Shown piece after piece: positions 36,787 to 46,901 of a DNA stretch of 64,000 nt. The position numbers and the translations under genes were made by a program. The notes under the pieces are model-generated. The model searched no databases. It was not told the origin of the DNA and saw only the letters and a program-made list of their open reading frames with translations. Position 1 is the first letter of the stretch; each line of letters opens with the position of its first letter. This DNA is from an uncultured Helicobacter sp. (lineage in GTDB: Bacteria; Campylobacterota; Campylobacteria; Campylobacterales; Helicobacteraceae): assembly GCF_937906905.1 (NCBI RefSeq), contig NZ_CALERY010000034.1, positions 10,401-74,400 on the forward strand. The letters are read 5' to 3'.

Positions 36787-37821
36787 ATGAGTTTGCAGCT
36801 AAATCAACGCCAAAGAGCACAATATGATGAGCTCTCAATGTCGGAGAAAATCGCTATTTTGCTAATCCAAGTAGGCGAGGAGCTTACCAGCGAGATTTTC
36901 AAAAACCTTGATATCGATGGGATTACCGAAGTTTCCAAGCAAATTATGCAGCTAAAAGGCACGGACAAAGCCATCGGCGGTGCGGTGCTAGAAGAGTTTT
37001 ATGCGATTTTTCAGTCTAATCAATACATCAACAGCGGTGGGCTTGACTATGCTAGGGAGCTACTTAATAAAGCTCTTGGACCAGAAGAAGCCAAGCGGAT
37101 TTTGGACAAGCTTGCCAAAACTATGCAATCTGCCAAAAACTTCGCCTATCTTAGTAAAATCCGCCCGCAACAGCTTGCAGATTTTATCGTCAATGAGCAC
37201 CCCCAAACTATCGCGCTTATCCTTGCGCATATGGACGCAAGCAGTGCGGCAGAGACCTTGGGGCATTTTAGCGATGATAATATGCGCGCAGAAATCGCTA
37301 TCCGTATGGCAAATCTCGGCGATATTTCACCAAATGTCGTCAAGCGCGTCTCCACCGTGCTAGAAAACAAGCTAGAATCCTTAACGAGCTACAAAGTCGA
37401 AGTGGGCGGTCCAAGGGCAGTTGCGGAGATGTTTAACCGCCTTGGGCAAAAGGCTGCCAAATCCACGCTTTCTTATATCGAGCAAATCGATGAGCAGCTA
37501 GCAAATGAGATTAAAGAGATGATGTTTACCTTTGAAGATATTGTCAATCTTGATAAAAATGCTATTAGAGAGATTCTCAAAGTCGCGGATAAAAAAGACC
37601 TTACAATGGCATTAAAAGCTGCCAATGACAGCTTGAAGCAAAAATTCCTTGATCAAATGAGCACCAGGGCTAGTGAGCAATTCATTGAAGAAATGCAGTT
37701 CTTGGGCGCGGTGCGTATGCGCGATGTCGAAGCTGCCCAGCGCAAGATCGTAGAAGCGGTGCAGACACTTTCAGAGCAGGGGCTTATCCAAGTAGGCGAA
37801 GAGGAGGATGTCGTTGAGTAA
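36787..37821 (+). CDS. fliG: flagellar motor switch protein FliG
   Basis: About 344 aa. 'MFTFEDI' and 'EQGLI' region. ATG at 36787 follows SD AGGAGGA. Confidence 0.95.
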   Translation: MSLQLNQRQRAQYDELSMSEKIAILLIQVGEELTSEIFKNLDIDGITEVSKQIMQLKGTDKAIGGAVLEEFYAIFQSNQYINSGGLDYARELLNKALGPEEAKRILDKLAKTMQSAKNFAYLSKIRPQQLADFIVNEHPQTIALILAHMDASSAAETLGHFSDDNMRAEIAIRMANLGDISPNVVKRVSTVLENKLESLTSYKVEVGGPRAVAEMFNRLGQKAAKSTLSYIEQIDEQLANEIKEMMFTFEDIVNLDKNAIREILKVADKKDLTMALKAANDSLKQKFLDQMSTRASEQFIEEMQFLGAVRMRDVEAAQRKIVEAVQTLSEQGLIQVGEEEDVVE

Positions 37822-38602
37822 TTTTTCAGAAGATAGTCTCATCACCAAAAATCATATTGAAAAGCATAGAATCAGCAAGTATGAGTTCCGCCCTATTGTG
37901 ACAGATGAAGTGGATTCTAAGCCCAAAGCCCCAGAATCCGCTCAAGCCCCCAGCTTGCCCCCAGCAGCACAGAGCATTGGAGAAGATAGTATAGAAAAAG
38001 AGCTGATAGAAAAGCTGCTGCAAAAAACCGATGAGCTCTCGAGCTCGCTTGCAAAGCTGCAAATCCAGTTTGAAAAGCAGCAGCTTGAAATGGAGGAGAG
38101 GGTCAATACTGCACGCAATGACGCCTACAAAGATGGGCTAAAAGAAGGTGAAGAAAAAACACGCCAAGCCCTAGAGACTGATGTGCAAAAGGAGCGCGCC
38201 GCCCTTGTAGAATCTGCTATCAATCTTGACAAAGCTATGCAAGCTTCCCAGACGCATTTGCGCGAGCTAGAGAAAGAGCTAAGTGCCATTGCTGTGGATA
38301 TTGCAAGAGAGGTGATCGCAAAAGAAGTGGAGAAAGATAGCGCGGCTGTGGCATTAGCCTTGGCAAAGGAGCTGCTAGGCTCAATCGCCGATGCCACTGA
38401 TGTGCAAATCCGCGTCAATCCGCTTGACTACCACACTCTAACCCAAGAGCTAAAAGATCACCCCAAGCTAAAAATAGAAGCGGATAATGCTATCACCAAA
38501 GGTGGTGTGATTATCGCAAATGGCGGTGGGATCATCGATGGCACTATCACCAATCGCTATAAAACTTTAAAACAAAGCGTTTTGGATAATTTGAAAGACT
38601 AG
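37808..38602 (+). CDS. fliH: flagellar assembly protein FliH
   Basis: 264 aa. Coiled-coil centre and C-terminal 'GGVIIANGGGIIDGTI'. Overlaps the fliG stop. Confidence 0.8.
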   Translation: MSLSNFSEDSLITKNHIEKHRISKYEFRPIVTDEVDSKPKAPESAQAPSLPPAAQSIGEDSIEKELIEKLLQKTDELSSSLAKLQIQFEKQQLEMEERVNTARNDAYKDGLKEGEEKTRQALETDVQKERAALVESAINLDKAMQASQTHLRELEKELSAIAVDIAREVIAKEVEKDSAAVALALAKELLGSIADATDVQIRVNPLDYHTLTQELKDHPKLKIEADNAITKGGVIIANGGGIIDGTITNRYKTLKQSVLDNLKD

Positions 38603-38610
38603 GGCGTTGT

Positions 38611-40473
38611 ATGGCAGTTTTCCCCCAAAAACCCATAAAGCAAATGGATTTAGCAGAGCTAGAGAAGCTATGCGCTGATATTCGCGCTAGAATTTTAGAG
38701 GTTGTGAGCCAAAATGGTGGGCATTTGAGCTCGACACTTGGCGCAGTGGAGCTAATCGTGGCTATGCACTATGTCTTTGACTACACAAAATCCCCCTTTA
38801 TCTTTGATGTCTCCCACCAAGCCTATGCGCATAAGCTCCTAACAGGGCGGTATGATGAGTTTGCGAGCTTGCGGAAGTTTGGGGGGGTGAGTGGATTCTG
38901 CGCTCCTAGGGAGTCAAGCGCGGACTATTTTGTCGCCGGGCATAGCTCGACTTCGATTTCACTAGGTGTGGGCGCGGCAAAGGCTATGGCTTTACGCGGT
39001 GAAAAAGCAATGCCCATTGTGCTGATTGGCGATGGGAGTATGAGTGCTGGGCTTGTGTATGAGGCGTTAAATGAGCTAGGCGATAGAAAATACCCTATGC
39101 TTATTATTTTGAATGATAATGAAATGAGTATCGCCAAGCCCATAGGCGCGATTTCTAAGCATTTATCGCAAATCATCTCCCACCCAATGTATCAATCGTT
39201 TCGCAATTTCACAAAAAAATGGCTAGAGAAAATGCCAGATTCTGCGACTTATCTCGCCAAACGCTTTGAAGAGTCGCTAAAGCTTATCACCCCCGGGATT
39301 TTGTTTGAAGAAATGGGGATTGACTACATCGGTCCAGTTGATGGACATAGTCTTAGTGATCTCATCTTTTGCTTTAAAAGGGCGCAGGATTTGGGGCGAC
39401 CAGTGATTGTGCATACACAAACGATTAAGGGCAAGGGCTATGAGATTGCTGAGGGTCCTTATGAGAAGTGGCACGGGGTAGGGGCGTTTGATCTCCAAAC
39501 AGGGCAGGCACTCAAAAAGCCCAGCCCAAAGCCCACGCCCACGCAGGTGTATGCTACCACACTAGCAAAACTTGCTAAAGATGATGCAAGAGTTGTAGGC
39601 GTTACAGCAGCGATGCCCGGAGGCACGGGGCTAGGCGAGCTAATTGACACTTATCCTAATCGATTCTGGGACACAGGCATTGCCGAGCAGCATAGTGTAA
39701 CCTCTATGGCGGCGATGGCAAAGGAGGGCTTTATCCCCTTTGTGAGTATTTACTCGACATTTTTGCAGCGTGCCTTTGATCAAATTATCCACGATGTGGG
39801 GATTATGGGGCTGCCGGTGCGCTTTAGCATTGATAGGGCTGGGATTGTAGGCGAAGATGGCGAGACACATCAAGGGCTTTTTGATATTGCGTATTTGCGT
39901 ATGATTCCGGGGCTTGTGCTTTTCGCTCCGCGTGATAATGCTACGCTTAAGCTCGCCATAGAGTTTGCCTACAACTTCTCTAGCGCGCCTTGTGCCTACC
40001 GCTATCCGCGCAATGCCTTCTGCCTAGAAGAAGGTAGCTATAAAGCAAGGGAATTTGTGCTAGGTGAGCTAGAAGTTTTGCAGCAGGGCAGGCAAATCGC
40101 GCTTATTGGCTATGGCAATGGCGTGGGCAGGGCGGATAAAGTCTATCGCGCTTTGTGTGATTTGGGCTTTGCTCCTAGTCTTATTGATCTGCGTTTTTGC
40201 AAGCCGCTACCACAAGAGCTAGAATCCACTTTGCGCAGTCATACAATCGCCTTTGTCTTTAGCGATAGTTATAGAGATGGCGGCGTGGGTAGCGCGATAT
40301 TGGAGCAGGCAAGCGCGTGGGAGGTGCTGCTGCCACTTTATAGCCTTGAGCTAGAATCCACTTTTGTCCCGCACGGCGATACAAAGAGTGTCGAGCACTC
40401 GGTGGGGCTTAGCGAGCAGGCGTTGCTTGAGCGCGTGCTTATCAAGCTTAAATCCCACAATATCACTCCATAG
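38611..40473 (+). CDS. dxs: 1-deoxy-D-xylulose-5-phosphate synthase
   Basis: 620 aa. 'GGHLSSTLG', 'GDGSMSAG' ThDP motif and 'IAEQH'. Confidence 0.95.
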   Translation: MAVFPQKPIKQMDLAELEKLCADIRARILEVVSQNGGHLSSTLGAVELIVAMHYVFDYTKSPFIFDVSHQAYAHKLLTGRYDEFASLRKFGGVSGFCAPRESSADYFVAGHSSTSISLGVGAAKAMALRGEKAMPIVLIGDGSMSAGLVYEALNELGDRKYPMLIILNDNEMSIAKPIGAISKHLSQIISHPMYQSFRNFTKKWLEKMPDSATYLAKRFEESLKLITPGILFEEMGIDYIGPVDGHSLSDLIFCFKRAQDLGRPVIVHTQTIKGKGYEIAEGPYEKWHGVGAFDLQTGQALKKPSPKPTPTQVYATTLAKLAKDDARVVGVTAAMPGGTGLGELIDTYPNRFWDTGIAEQHSVTSMAAMAKEGFIPFVSIYSTFLQRAFDQIIHDVGIMGLPVRFSIDRAGIVGEDGETHQGLFDIAYLRMIPGLVLFAPRDNATLKLAIEFAYNFSSAPCAYRYPRNAFCLEEGSYKAREFVLGELEVLQQGRQIALIGYGNGVGRADKVYRALCDLGFAPSLIDLRFCKPLPQELESTLRSHTIAFVFSDSYRDGGVGSAILEQASAWEVLLPLYSLELESTFVPHGDTKSVEHSVGLSEQALLERVLIKLKSHNITP

Positions 40474-40481
40474 GCGCGGCT

Positions 40482-40901
40482 ATGAGTATAGAGCATAAAG
40501 AGGGCTTTGAGTTTAGCTTTGATAGCTCTGCTTGTGGGAGCTGCGGAGGGCGGTGCTGCGTGGGCGAGAGTGGCTATATCTTTCTCACGCTCAAAGAAGC
40601 AGAATCTATCGCCACATTTTTAGGGGTGGGGTTTGAGGACTTTGTCTTGCGCTATGTGAAAAAGGTGGGCTATCGCTTTTCACTGATTGAAAAGCCTTAT
40701 GAAGATGGCTTTGCGTGCGTGTTTTTTGACACCGCAAAAAAGCAGTGCGGGATTTATGCCACTCGCCCAGCGCAGTGCAGGGAGTTTCCATTTTGGGAGG
40801 GACTTAGGGCAAGAGAGCAGCTTGCGGAGCTTTGCGCACTTTGCCCGGGTGTTGTGCGCTGTGAAAACAAAGCAGAGCCACCAAACAAGGCGCACCCATG
40901 A
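40482..40901 (+). CDS. YkgJ-family cysteine-cluster protein
   Basis: 139 aa. 'CGSCGGRCC' together with a distal 'C..FP' pattern. Confidence 0.6.
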   Translation: MSIEHKEGFEFSFDSSACGSCGGRCCVGESGYIFLTLKEAESIATFLGVGFEDFVLRYVKKVGYRFSLIEKPYEDGFACVFFDTAKKQCGIYATRPAQCREFPFWEGLRAREQLAELCALCPGVVRCENKAEPPNKAHP

Positions 40902-42271
40902 GAGGGGCACTCTTTCGTATGGCTTCTTGCGTAATGCTATGCTCTGCTATGCTCTGGGCGCATAGTGGCGAGGACGCTGCCATGCTGCGTGGGGCAGATA
41001 GCCTATATCATAGGGATTTTGCAAGCTCATTTGATGAGTTTATCGTGCTCTTTGATGAGACGCACGAGCCCTACTACGCTAGGCTTGCAGCTCAAGCAGC
41101 GATGGGTAAAGGCGACTTAGAAGCCGCCCAGCGGCTAGCCGAGCTATATATCAAGCTAAGTGGCGATCGCGACGATAGCGTGGTGAATAAGATTCTGGCT
41201 GATAGCTATGCCAAGCAAGGGCAAATCACAAAAGCCTTGCAGGTGCTTGAGCGCGTGTATAAGCAAGAGCCCACGCCAGAAATCACTGAAGTGCTCGCCA
41301 ATATGTATATGCTAAACCAGCAAGCCGCCAAAGCCCAGGGGCTTTACGCTGCGCTCTATGCAGAAAATCGCAATACAGAGCTGCTAAAAAAGCTGTTCAT
41401 GTGTTTGGCATTTCAGCAAAAGCACCAGGAAGCCTTAGCTACGCTTTCAGGGCATTTGCTTGAAGTTGGCTGCGAGGGGGCGTTTTGCGAGGAGAGTTTG
41501 CGGTTTTATGAGGATTTGCAGGGGCTTGACATGGCAAAAAATGTCTTTGAAGAAATCTACAAAACCAACCCCACAATCCCAAATGCGACGAATTTCATGC
41601 GCGTGTTAATCGTGCTTAAGGACTACCAAGAAGCCCAGGGTGTGGCTAAGGCATTTCCATTTGATAAGGGATTACTGCTTGATTTGTATGTCATGCAGGG
41701 CGATTTTGTCAAAGCCCAAAAAGAAGCCACTCATATTTATACGCAAAGTGGTAATCCTCGATTTCTCGCTCTAGAGGCGATTTATAGTTTTAATGCGCTT
41801 TCCCAGCCCACCCGAGCAGACGCCCAAGCAATCGCCAAAAAGCTAGACAAAGCCATTACACTTCTTCAAAAAGAAGCTTTAGAATCTAAGAAAAAGCCTA
41901 CATCGCAAGATTCTTTCCAGAGAGATGTGTTTCAAGATGCGTTTTTTTATAACTTTTATGGCTATTTGTTGATTGATTATGAGCTTAATATTAAGCGTGG
42001 TGTAGAGTATGTCAAAAAGGCTCTAGTGATTGAGCCTTATGCTATTGCTTATATCGACTCGCTGGCGTGGGGGTATTACAAGCTTGGGGATTGTGAAAAC
42101 GCGCTTAAGGCGTTTGCCCAAATCCCAAAAGATCAGGTGGAGAGAGAAGAGGAGCTGCGCGCACATCAGTATCAAATCCTAGGGGTGTGCCAGAATCCTG
42201 CCAAATCCGCTAAAGAATCTCTGCCAAGCCCAGCACCTAAAAACCCCACACCAAAAAGCACAAAAGAGTAG
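40898..42271 (+). CDS. secreted tetratricopeptide-repeat protein
   Basis: 457 aa. Signal-like N-terminus, repeated A/L/Y-rich helical TPR-like units, 'SLAWGYYKLGDCENALKAF'. Confidence 0.55.
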   Translation: MRGALFRMASCVMLCSAMLWAHSGEDAAMLRGADSLYHRDFASSFDEFIVLFDETHEPYYARLAAQAAMGKGDLEAAQRLAELYIKLSGDRDDSVVNKILADSYAKQGQITKALQVLERVYKQEPTPEITEVLANMYMLNQQAAKAQGLYAALYAENRNTELLKKLFMCLAFQQKHQEALATLSGHLLEVGCEGAFCEESLRFYEDLQGLDMAKNVFEEIYKTNPTIPNATNFMRVLIVLKDYQEAQGVAKAFPFDKGLLLDLYVMQGDFVKAQKEATHIYTQSGNPRFLALEAIYSFNALSQPTRADAQAIAKKLDKAITLLQKEALESKKKPTSQDSFQRDVFQDAFFYNFYGYLLIDYELNIKRGVEYVKKALVIEPYAIAYIDSLAWGYYKLGDCENALKAFAQIPKDQVEREEELRAHQYQILGVCQNPAKSAKESLPSPAPKNPTPKSTKE

Positions 42272-42276
42272 ATGAT

Positions 42277-43077
42277 ATGGATTTGACTTCCTTAGATTCT
42301 GGGCAATTAGATTTAAAAGCATTGGATTCTGGCGGGCTAGATTCTGCTCTAGCGCGCGATCATAGCGCTAGTAGCACGCGCGCTACTAGCGAGTTTTTTG
42401 CACATTTGGAGCAGAATCTCGCACGAGAGCAGGAGATAGCGCCTTTTGATTTGCTGGGGCGCTCACTCTCCTATAATCCCTACCCACCACGCTTTAAGGA
42501 GATGTTTCCTAGCTTAGATTCTACAAGTGTCAATATGCCTGCAGTCATGGTGCGAGGTTTTGGATTTGAGGCACTAGAGGGGATTGTCGCCAAGCAGCCC
42601 GCGCTTATCGTGCTAGATCTCGCACGCGATGAGTTGGCGCGCCCAAGTGGCGAGGGGCTAGAGTGTGTGGGGTATTTGCGCCATTATACAAACGCACTCA
42701 TCGTGCTTAGGGACTATTTCATCAATCCTTACCAGATGCTCCAGGCACTCGTGTATGGCGCAGATGCAATCATGCTTAATCACCTGCCTAAAAATGCTAA
42801 AGCTTTGCTAGATTTTGCATTTAGGCTAAATCTCATGTCCTTTGCATTCATAGAGAGTCCAAAGGACATTAAGCGTGCAATTATGGCAAGGAGTGAGGGG
42901 CTGGCAGTCGTGGAGTCGATATATGATGAAGTAGCTACGCTGATCCCTAGGCAAAAATGTCTAGCCAAGCTTGTCTTAGAATCTAGAGGGGCGGATTCTA
43001 GCGCGCTGGATTCTGCTATGCCAGGCTCCAAATCACGCTCTAGCCGTGTGCCAGATTTTACCTGCGTGTCGATGTAG
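42277..43077 (+). CDS. TrpC (indole-3-glycerol-phosphate synthase)-fold-like protein, divergent
   Basis: 266 aa. 'VLRDYFINPYQMLQALVYGADAIML' resembles the IGPS 'KDFIIDPYQI.EA...GADAILLI' strand-helix region. The N-terminus is motif-coded low complexity. Confidence 0.3.
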   Translation: MDLTSLDSGQLDLKALDSGGLDSALARDHSASSTRATSEFFAHLEQNLAREQEIAPFDLLGRSLSYNPYPPRFKEMFPSLDSTSVNMPAVMVRGFGFEALEGIVAKQPALIVLDLARDELARPSGEGLECVGYLRHYTNALIVLRDYFINPYQMLQALVYGADAIMLNHLPKNAKALLDFAFRLNLMSFAFIESPKDIKRAIMARSEGLAVVESIYDEVATLIPRQKCLAKLVLESRGADSSALDSAMPGSKSRSSRVPDFTCVSM

Positions 43078-43079
43078 GG

Positions 43080-44168
43080 GTGATTTGCGTGGTGCAGGTG
43101 GTGATAGATGGGCGTGAATGTGAGCTGGTAGATTCTGGGGTGCGGCTTGATGAGTGTGTATCGCGCGCACTTGGAAGCTCACGAAGCCAAGCCCAGGAGT
43201 TCATCAAGCGTCATGGCGTAATGCTCAATGGCAAGCACACGCAAAAGTGTGGAATCAAGCTCGCGCAAGGGAGCGAGATTTGTATCAGCCTGCTAGAATC
43301 TAGTGCCCCAGAAACCAAAGCCCTAGACTTCGCCCCGTTAGATTCTGGGGCAAACATGCTTATGGAATTTTCCCAAGAAGCATGTTTTGAAATCTGTCCA
43401 AAGATCTCTCCAGAAATCCTGTATGAAGATGGCGAATTGCTTATCCTCAATAAGCCCCCACATCTCGTTGTCCATGGTGCGCCAAGCGTGAAAGAACCCA
43501 CGCTTGTGGATTGGCTTCAGGCGCGTGGCACATTGCTTTCTAGCCTTGGCGGGGAGCAGCGCGCAGGGATTGTGCATAGGCTCGATAAACAGACCAGCGG
43601 GGCAATCGCCATTGCTAAAACAAACCACACACATGCAAACCTAAGCCAGCAGCTAAAGGAGCGTAGCATGGGGCGCTACTATCTCGCTCTTATCGATGCT
43701 CCACTAAGAGAGCCGCGTGTTATCACTTGCCAGCTTGATCGCCACCCAAATAACCGCCTCAAAATGGCAAATGTCGATAATATGCGCAGGGCTGGATCAG
43801 GTGCGCGATTTTCTAAAAGCACTTTTCTCCCACTGCTTTGCACAGATTCTATCTCACTTGTGGCTATCAAGCTCCACACCGGGCGCACGCACCAAATCCG
43901 CGCGCATTTAGAGAGTATCAATCGCCATATTCTAGGCGATAGTCTTTATGGCTATAAAGGCGAAGGCTTTGAGCGTGTCATGCTACATGCCTATCTGCTC
44001 TATCTCAATCACCCTGCCACAGGCGAGAAGCTTGCATTTTGCGCGAGTATTTTTACAGATATGCTACAATGCGCGCACAGAATTTTTGGCGCAAAGGAAT
44101 TTGATGAAGCAATCCAGCAAGAGACTATTTTGCGGGCTTTTTCTCAGTTTGACTCTACTGGCTCTTAG
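43080..44168 (+). CDS. rluD: RluA/RluD-family pseudouridine synthase
   Basis: 362 aa. S4-like N-domain, catalytic 'HRLDKQTSG', 'GRTHQIRAH'. Confidence 0.85.
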   Translation: MICVVQVVIDGRECELVDSGVRLDECVSRALGSSRSQAQEFIKRHGVMLNGKHTQKCGIKLAQGSEICISLLESSAPETKALDFAPLDSGANMLMEFSQEACFEICPKISPEILYEDGELLILNKPPHLVVHGAPSVKEPTLVDWLQARGTLLSSLGGEQRAGIVHRLDKQTSGAIAIAKTNHTHANLSQQLKERSMGRYYLALIDAPLREPRVITCQLDRHPNNRLKMANVDNMRRAGSGARFSKSTFLPLLCTDSISLVAIKLHTGRTHQIRAHLESINRHILGDSLYGYKGEGFERVMLHAYLLYLNHPATGEKLAFCASIFTDMLQCAHRIFGAKEFDEAIQQETILRAFSQFDSTGS

Positions 44169-45378
44169 TGGCTGCGGGAGCAAAAACACCTCGCTAAGCT
44201 TTCTAAATCCGCAAGATAGACTTGATCCAAACTTGCCTACAATCACCAAAGTGCGCACGATTGCAGATGTCAGTTCAATTGCCTTTGAATGGGATAGGGT
44301 AGCTGACCCAAACGCAATAAAAGGTTTTGTTATCTATCAAATCAATGCTAATAACAATACCAAGCGGGTTGCCACGATTAAAAACCCTTATGCCACGCAT
44401 TTTGTGCTAGATTCTCTACTGCCAGAGACTGGCTATGTCTTTGCTATCGCTACGCTTGGCACAGATAATGCTATCTCGCAAAAATCCCCAGCATTGCGTG
44501 TCAAAACTTCCTATATCGATCCTATTGAAAAAGCTTTTGCCTCAAGCGATTATGCGAAAAAAATCAAGCTTATTTGGAGTCCCCACCCAAATCCTAGCAT
44601 TACGCGCTACATTATCCAGCGCAAAAATACAAGCACCAAAGGCGCAAGCACGAAAAATACAGGCGGGGAGTTTGTCAATATCGGCACGATTAAACATCGC
44701 TTGCTTGTAGAGTATTTTGATGAGAATCTAGCCGATGCGCAGAGCTATACCTATCGCATTATCGCGCAGGATTTCTCTGGGAATAAATCACGCCCAAGCC
44801 CAGAAATAGAGGGTGCTACACGCCAAAAACCAAAAGCTATCACCACTCTCCAAGCCTCTCAAAATCTAGCCAAGAAAATCCAGCTAAGCTGGGAGGTCGT
44901 GCCTGATGTAGCGCGCTATGAGATTTACGCTTCCACGAGCCTTGATGGCAATTACAAACCGCTTGTGCAGGTGAATAAAAACTACTATACGCATAAAGTG
45001 GGCAAGGATAGTGCAGTGATTTTCTATAAGGTGCGTGCGATTGATGACAAAGATGTCGCAAGCGATTTGGCAAATGGTGCGACTAAAGGCGCTACGCTCC
45101 CGCCACCACCCACGCCCAAAATCACCAAGGGCACGATCCAAAACTCTCATGCGCTGATTGAATGGGAAGTCATCAATAATGCGCGTGTGAAAGCCTATGC
45201 TGTCTATCGCTACGAGGGGCGACTAGGCAGTCCATTGCGCTTTAGCAACACGATAAAAACGACTTTTATTGACAAAGAAATGCACAAGGGTAAGCGATAT
45301 ATCTACAAAGTCGTCTCTGTGGATAGTGAGGGGAATGAGTCGCTCCCAAGCAAAGAAGTCGAGCTGCTACTACAATAA
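44104..45378 (+). CDS. lipoprotein with fibronectin-type-III-like repeats
   Basis: Start moved to ATG 44104, giving 'MKQSSKRLFCGLFLSLTLLALSGC' with an LSGC lipobox. About four repeats of roughly 95 aa with W..V...(Y/F)..Y patterns. Confidence 0.55.
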   Translation: MKQSSKRLFCGLFLSLTLLALSGCGSKNTSLSFLNPQDRLDPNLPTITKVRTIADVSSIAFEWDRVADPNAIKGFVIYQINANNNTKRVATIKNPYATHFVLDSLLPETGYVFAIATLGTDNAISQKSPALRVKTSYIDPIEKAFASSDYAKKIKLIWSPHPNPSITRYIIQRKNTSTKGASTKNTGGEFVNIGTIKHRLLVEYFDENLADAQSYTYRIIAQDFSGNKSRPSPEIEGATRQKPKAITTLQASQNLAKKIQLSWEVVPDVARYEIYASTSLDGNYKPLVQVNKNYYTHKVGKDSAVIFYKVRAIDDKDVASDLANGATKGATLPPPPTPKITKGTIQNSHALIEWEVINNARVKAYAVYRYEGRLGSPLRFSNTIKTTFIDKEMHKGKRYIYKVVSVDSEGNESLPSKEVELLLQ

Positions 45379-46901
45379 TGCCACATTTCATCGCCAAACT
45401 TCCAGCCAAGATCACTATGCCAGATTCTGGTTCTACTCTTGATTTCAAGCTAGAATCTGGTGCATTTAAGCTCCCAAGTATCCGCTCCCCACATATCGCC
45501 CTTATCGCTATGCCCTACACCTACCAGAGCTCTGCTAGATTTTGTTTTCTACATGAGATCACGCGCGAGTGTGATGTGCTGCTAAAATGCGTAAAATCCC
45601 TGCGCCCCACACCAATAGGTATAGCCAAAGATGCGCTCTCTCGCCTAAGCGCACACTATGAGGTGCTACAGGATAATCTCTCCCTAAGCTCGTCAAAGCA
45701 GCAGGTGAGCAGTGCGTTTTTGCTTGGAGAGAGGGAGATTTTGGATCTTGTGGCGCGAGAGGCTAGTGCTTTGGATTTTGGTCAATCCGTAGAACCTAAG
45801 GCACGCTTTGATTCTACTATCCTAGAAATTGGCTTTGGCAGTGGTAGGCATATCCTTCACTTAGCTAGGCAAAATCCCAATGCTCTCGTGCTAGGGCTAG
45901 AGATCCATACGCCCTCCATTGAGCAGGTGCTACGCCAGATAGAGATTCTAGGACTAGAGAATCTCTATCTCTCTTGCCTTGATGCGCGTGTATTTCTCTC
46001 ATGTGCGCCAAGCCATAGCCTGCGCGAGATATATATTCACTTTCCAGTGCCTTGGAATAAAGCCAAGCACCGCCGTGTGCTTAATGGCAAGCTTTTGCAA
46101 GAAGCGTTGCGCGTGCTGGATTTGGCTGGTATGCTGGAGTTTCGCACAGATGACAGGGAATATTTCAACGATGTGCTCGAAGAGGCAAACGCGCTAGAAT
46201 CTACTGCGCCTAAATCCTTTTGCGTGCGCCATAGTATCAATGAAAGCCAAGCGATTACAAGTAAATATGAAGCACGCTGGCTGCGCCAGAGCAAGGATAT
46301 TTATACTATCATCGTGCGACCAGATTCTAGGGGCAATGCTAGCGGAGATTCTAGCAAGGGGTTTGAGCAAGATTCTAGTGCAGATGTGATTGTGGATTCT
46401 CCCACCACACTAGAATCTAGTGCGCAAAATTTTGCGTTTAGTTTTGATGAAAAATTGGTAAAATCCCTTTTGGCAAAGGTGCTTGAAGCGGAGTCCTCGG
46501 CAGATGGATTTGTGAGGCTTTCGCGCATAGCGGATTGGCTTTGTGCGCAAAAGTTTGTGCTAGATTCTGGTGATTTGGATTTTGGCAAGCTGGATTTTGG
46601 TTTGAGTGTTACCAAAGATTCTGGCACAGAATCCGCACTGGAAGCTAAGGCAGGTTTAAAGCCAGAATCTAGTGCGCGTGGTTTTTTGCGTATTGTTGAT
46701 ATGTATGCTTCAAGCACTGCGCGCAGATTTGCGCTGCTGGTGAGTTTTGGGGATTTTGCCTATCCGTGTAGCCGCCTTGTGCTTTTTGCAGAATCCGGGC
46801 AGGGCTGCTATCTCCCAGAGCCCCCTATACCCACGCAGCTAAATTACAAAGCCCATGCGTTGTTCGTGCGTATTTTAACCCAAGTTTTGGAGCGACTATG
46901 A
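45378..46901 (+). CDS. trmB: tRNA (guanine-N7)-methyltransferase TrmB with N- and C-terminal extensions
   Basis: Core 'ILEIGFGSGRHILHLARQNP...LGLEIH...IHFPVPW.K..H...R'. The C-terminal roughly 200 aa are rich in DS/ES/LDS low complexity. Confidence 0.75.
   Translation: MPHFIAKLPAKITMPDSGSTLDFKLESGAFKLPSIRSPHIALIAMPYTYQSSARFCFLHEITRECDVLLKCVKSLRPTPIGIAKDALSRLSAHYEVLQDNLSLSSSKQQVSSAFLLGEREILDLVAREASALDFGQSVEPKARFDSTILEIGFGSGRHILHLARQNPNALVLGLEIHTPSIEQVLRQIEILGLENLYLSCLDARVFLSCAPSHSLREIYIHFPVPWNKAKHRRVLNGKLLQEALRVLDLAGMLEFRTDDREYFNDVLEEANALESTAPKSFCVRHSINESQAITSKYEARWLRQSKDIYTIIVRPDSRGNASGDSSKGFEQDSSADVIVDSPTTLESSAQNFAFSFDEKLVKSLLAKVLEAESSADGFVRLSRIADWLCAQKFVLDSGDLDFGKLDFGLSVTKDSGTESALEAKAGLKPESSARGFLRIVDMYASSTARRFALLVSFGDFAYPCSRLVLFAESGQGCYLPEPPIPTQLNYKAHALFVRILTQVLERL

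Noticed and set aside
38881-38887. G7 run inside dxs, plus scattered T7/A7 runs (for example around 9606, 10525, 17646).
   Set aside because: They are too short for efficient slippage. They lie in frame within essential or conserved genes, and no alternative frame continues.
43948-44103. Upstream extensions of ORF-track starts: 43948 for the lipoprotein, 47478 for ftsX, 48340 for envC, 52579 for the fliT-position ORF, 55106 for the OMP, 63438 for pfr.
   Set aside because: Internal ATG codons give proper signal peptides or lipoboxes, or conserved N-termini, and better SD spacing. The extensions overlap the upstream genes.
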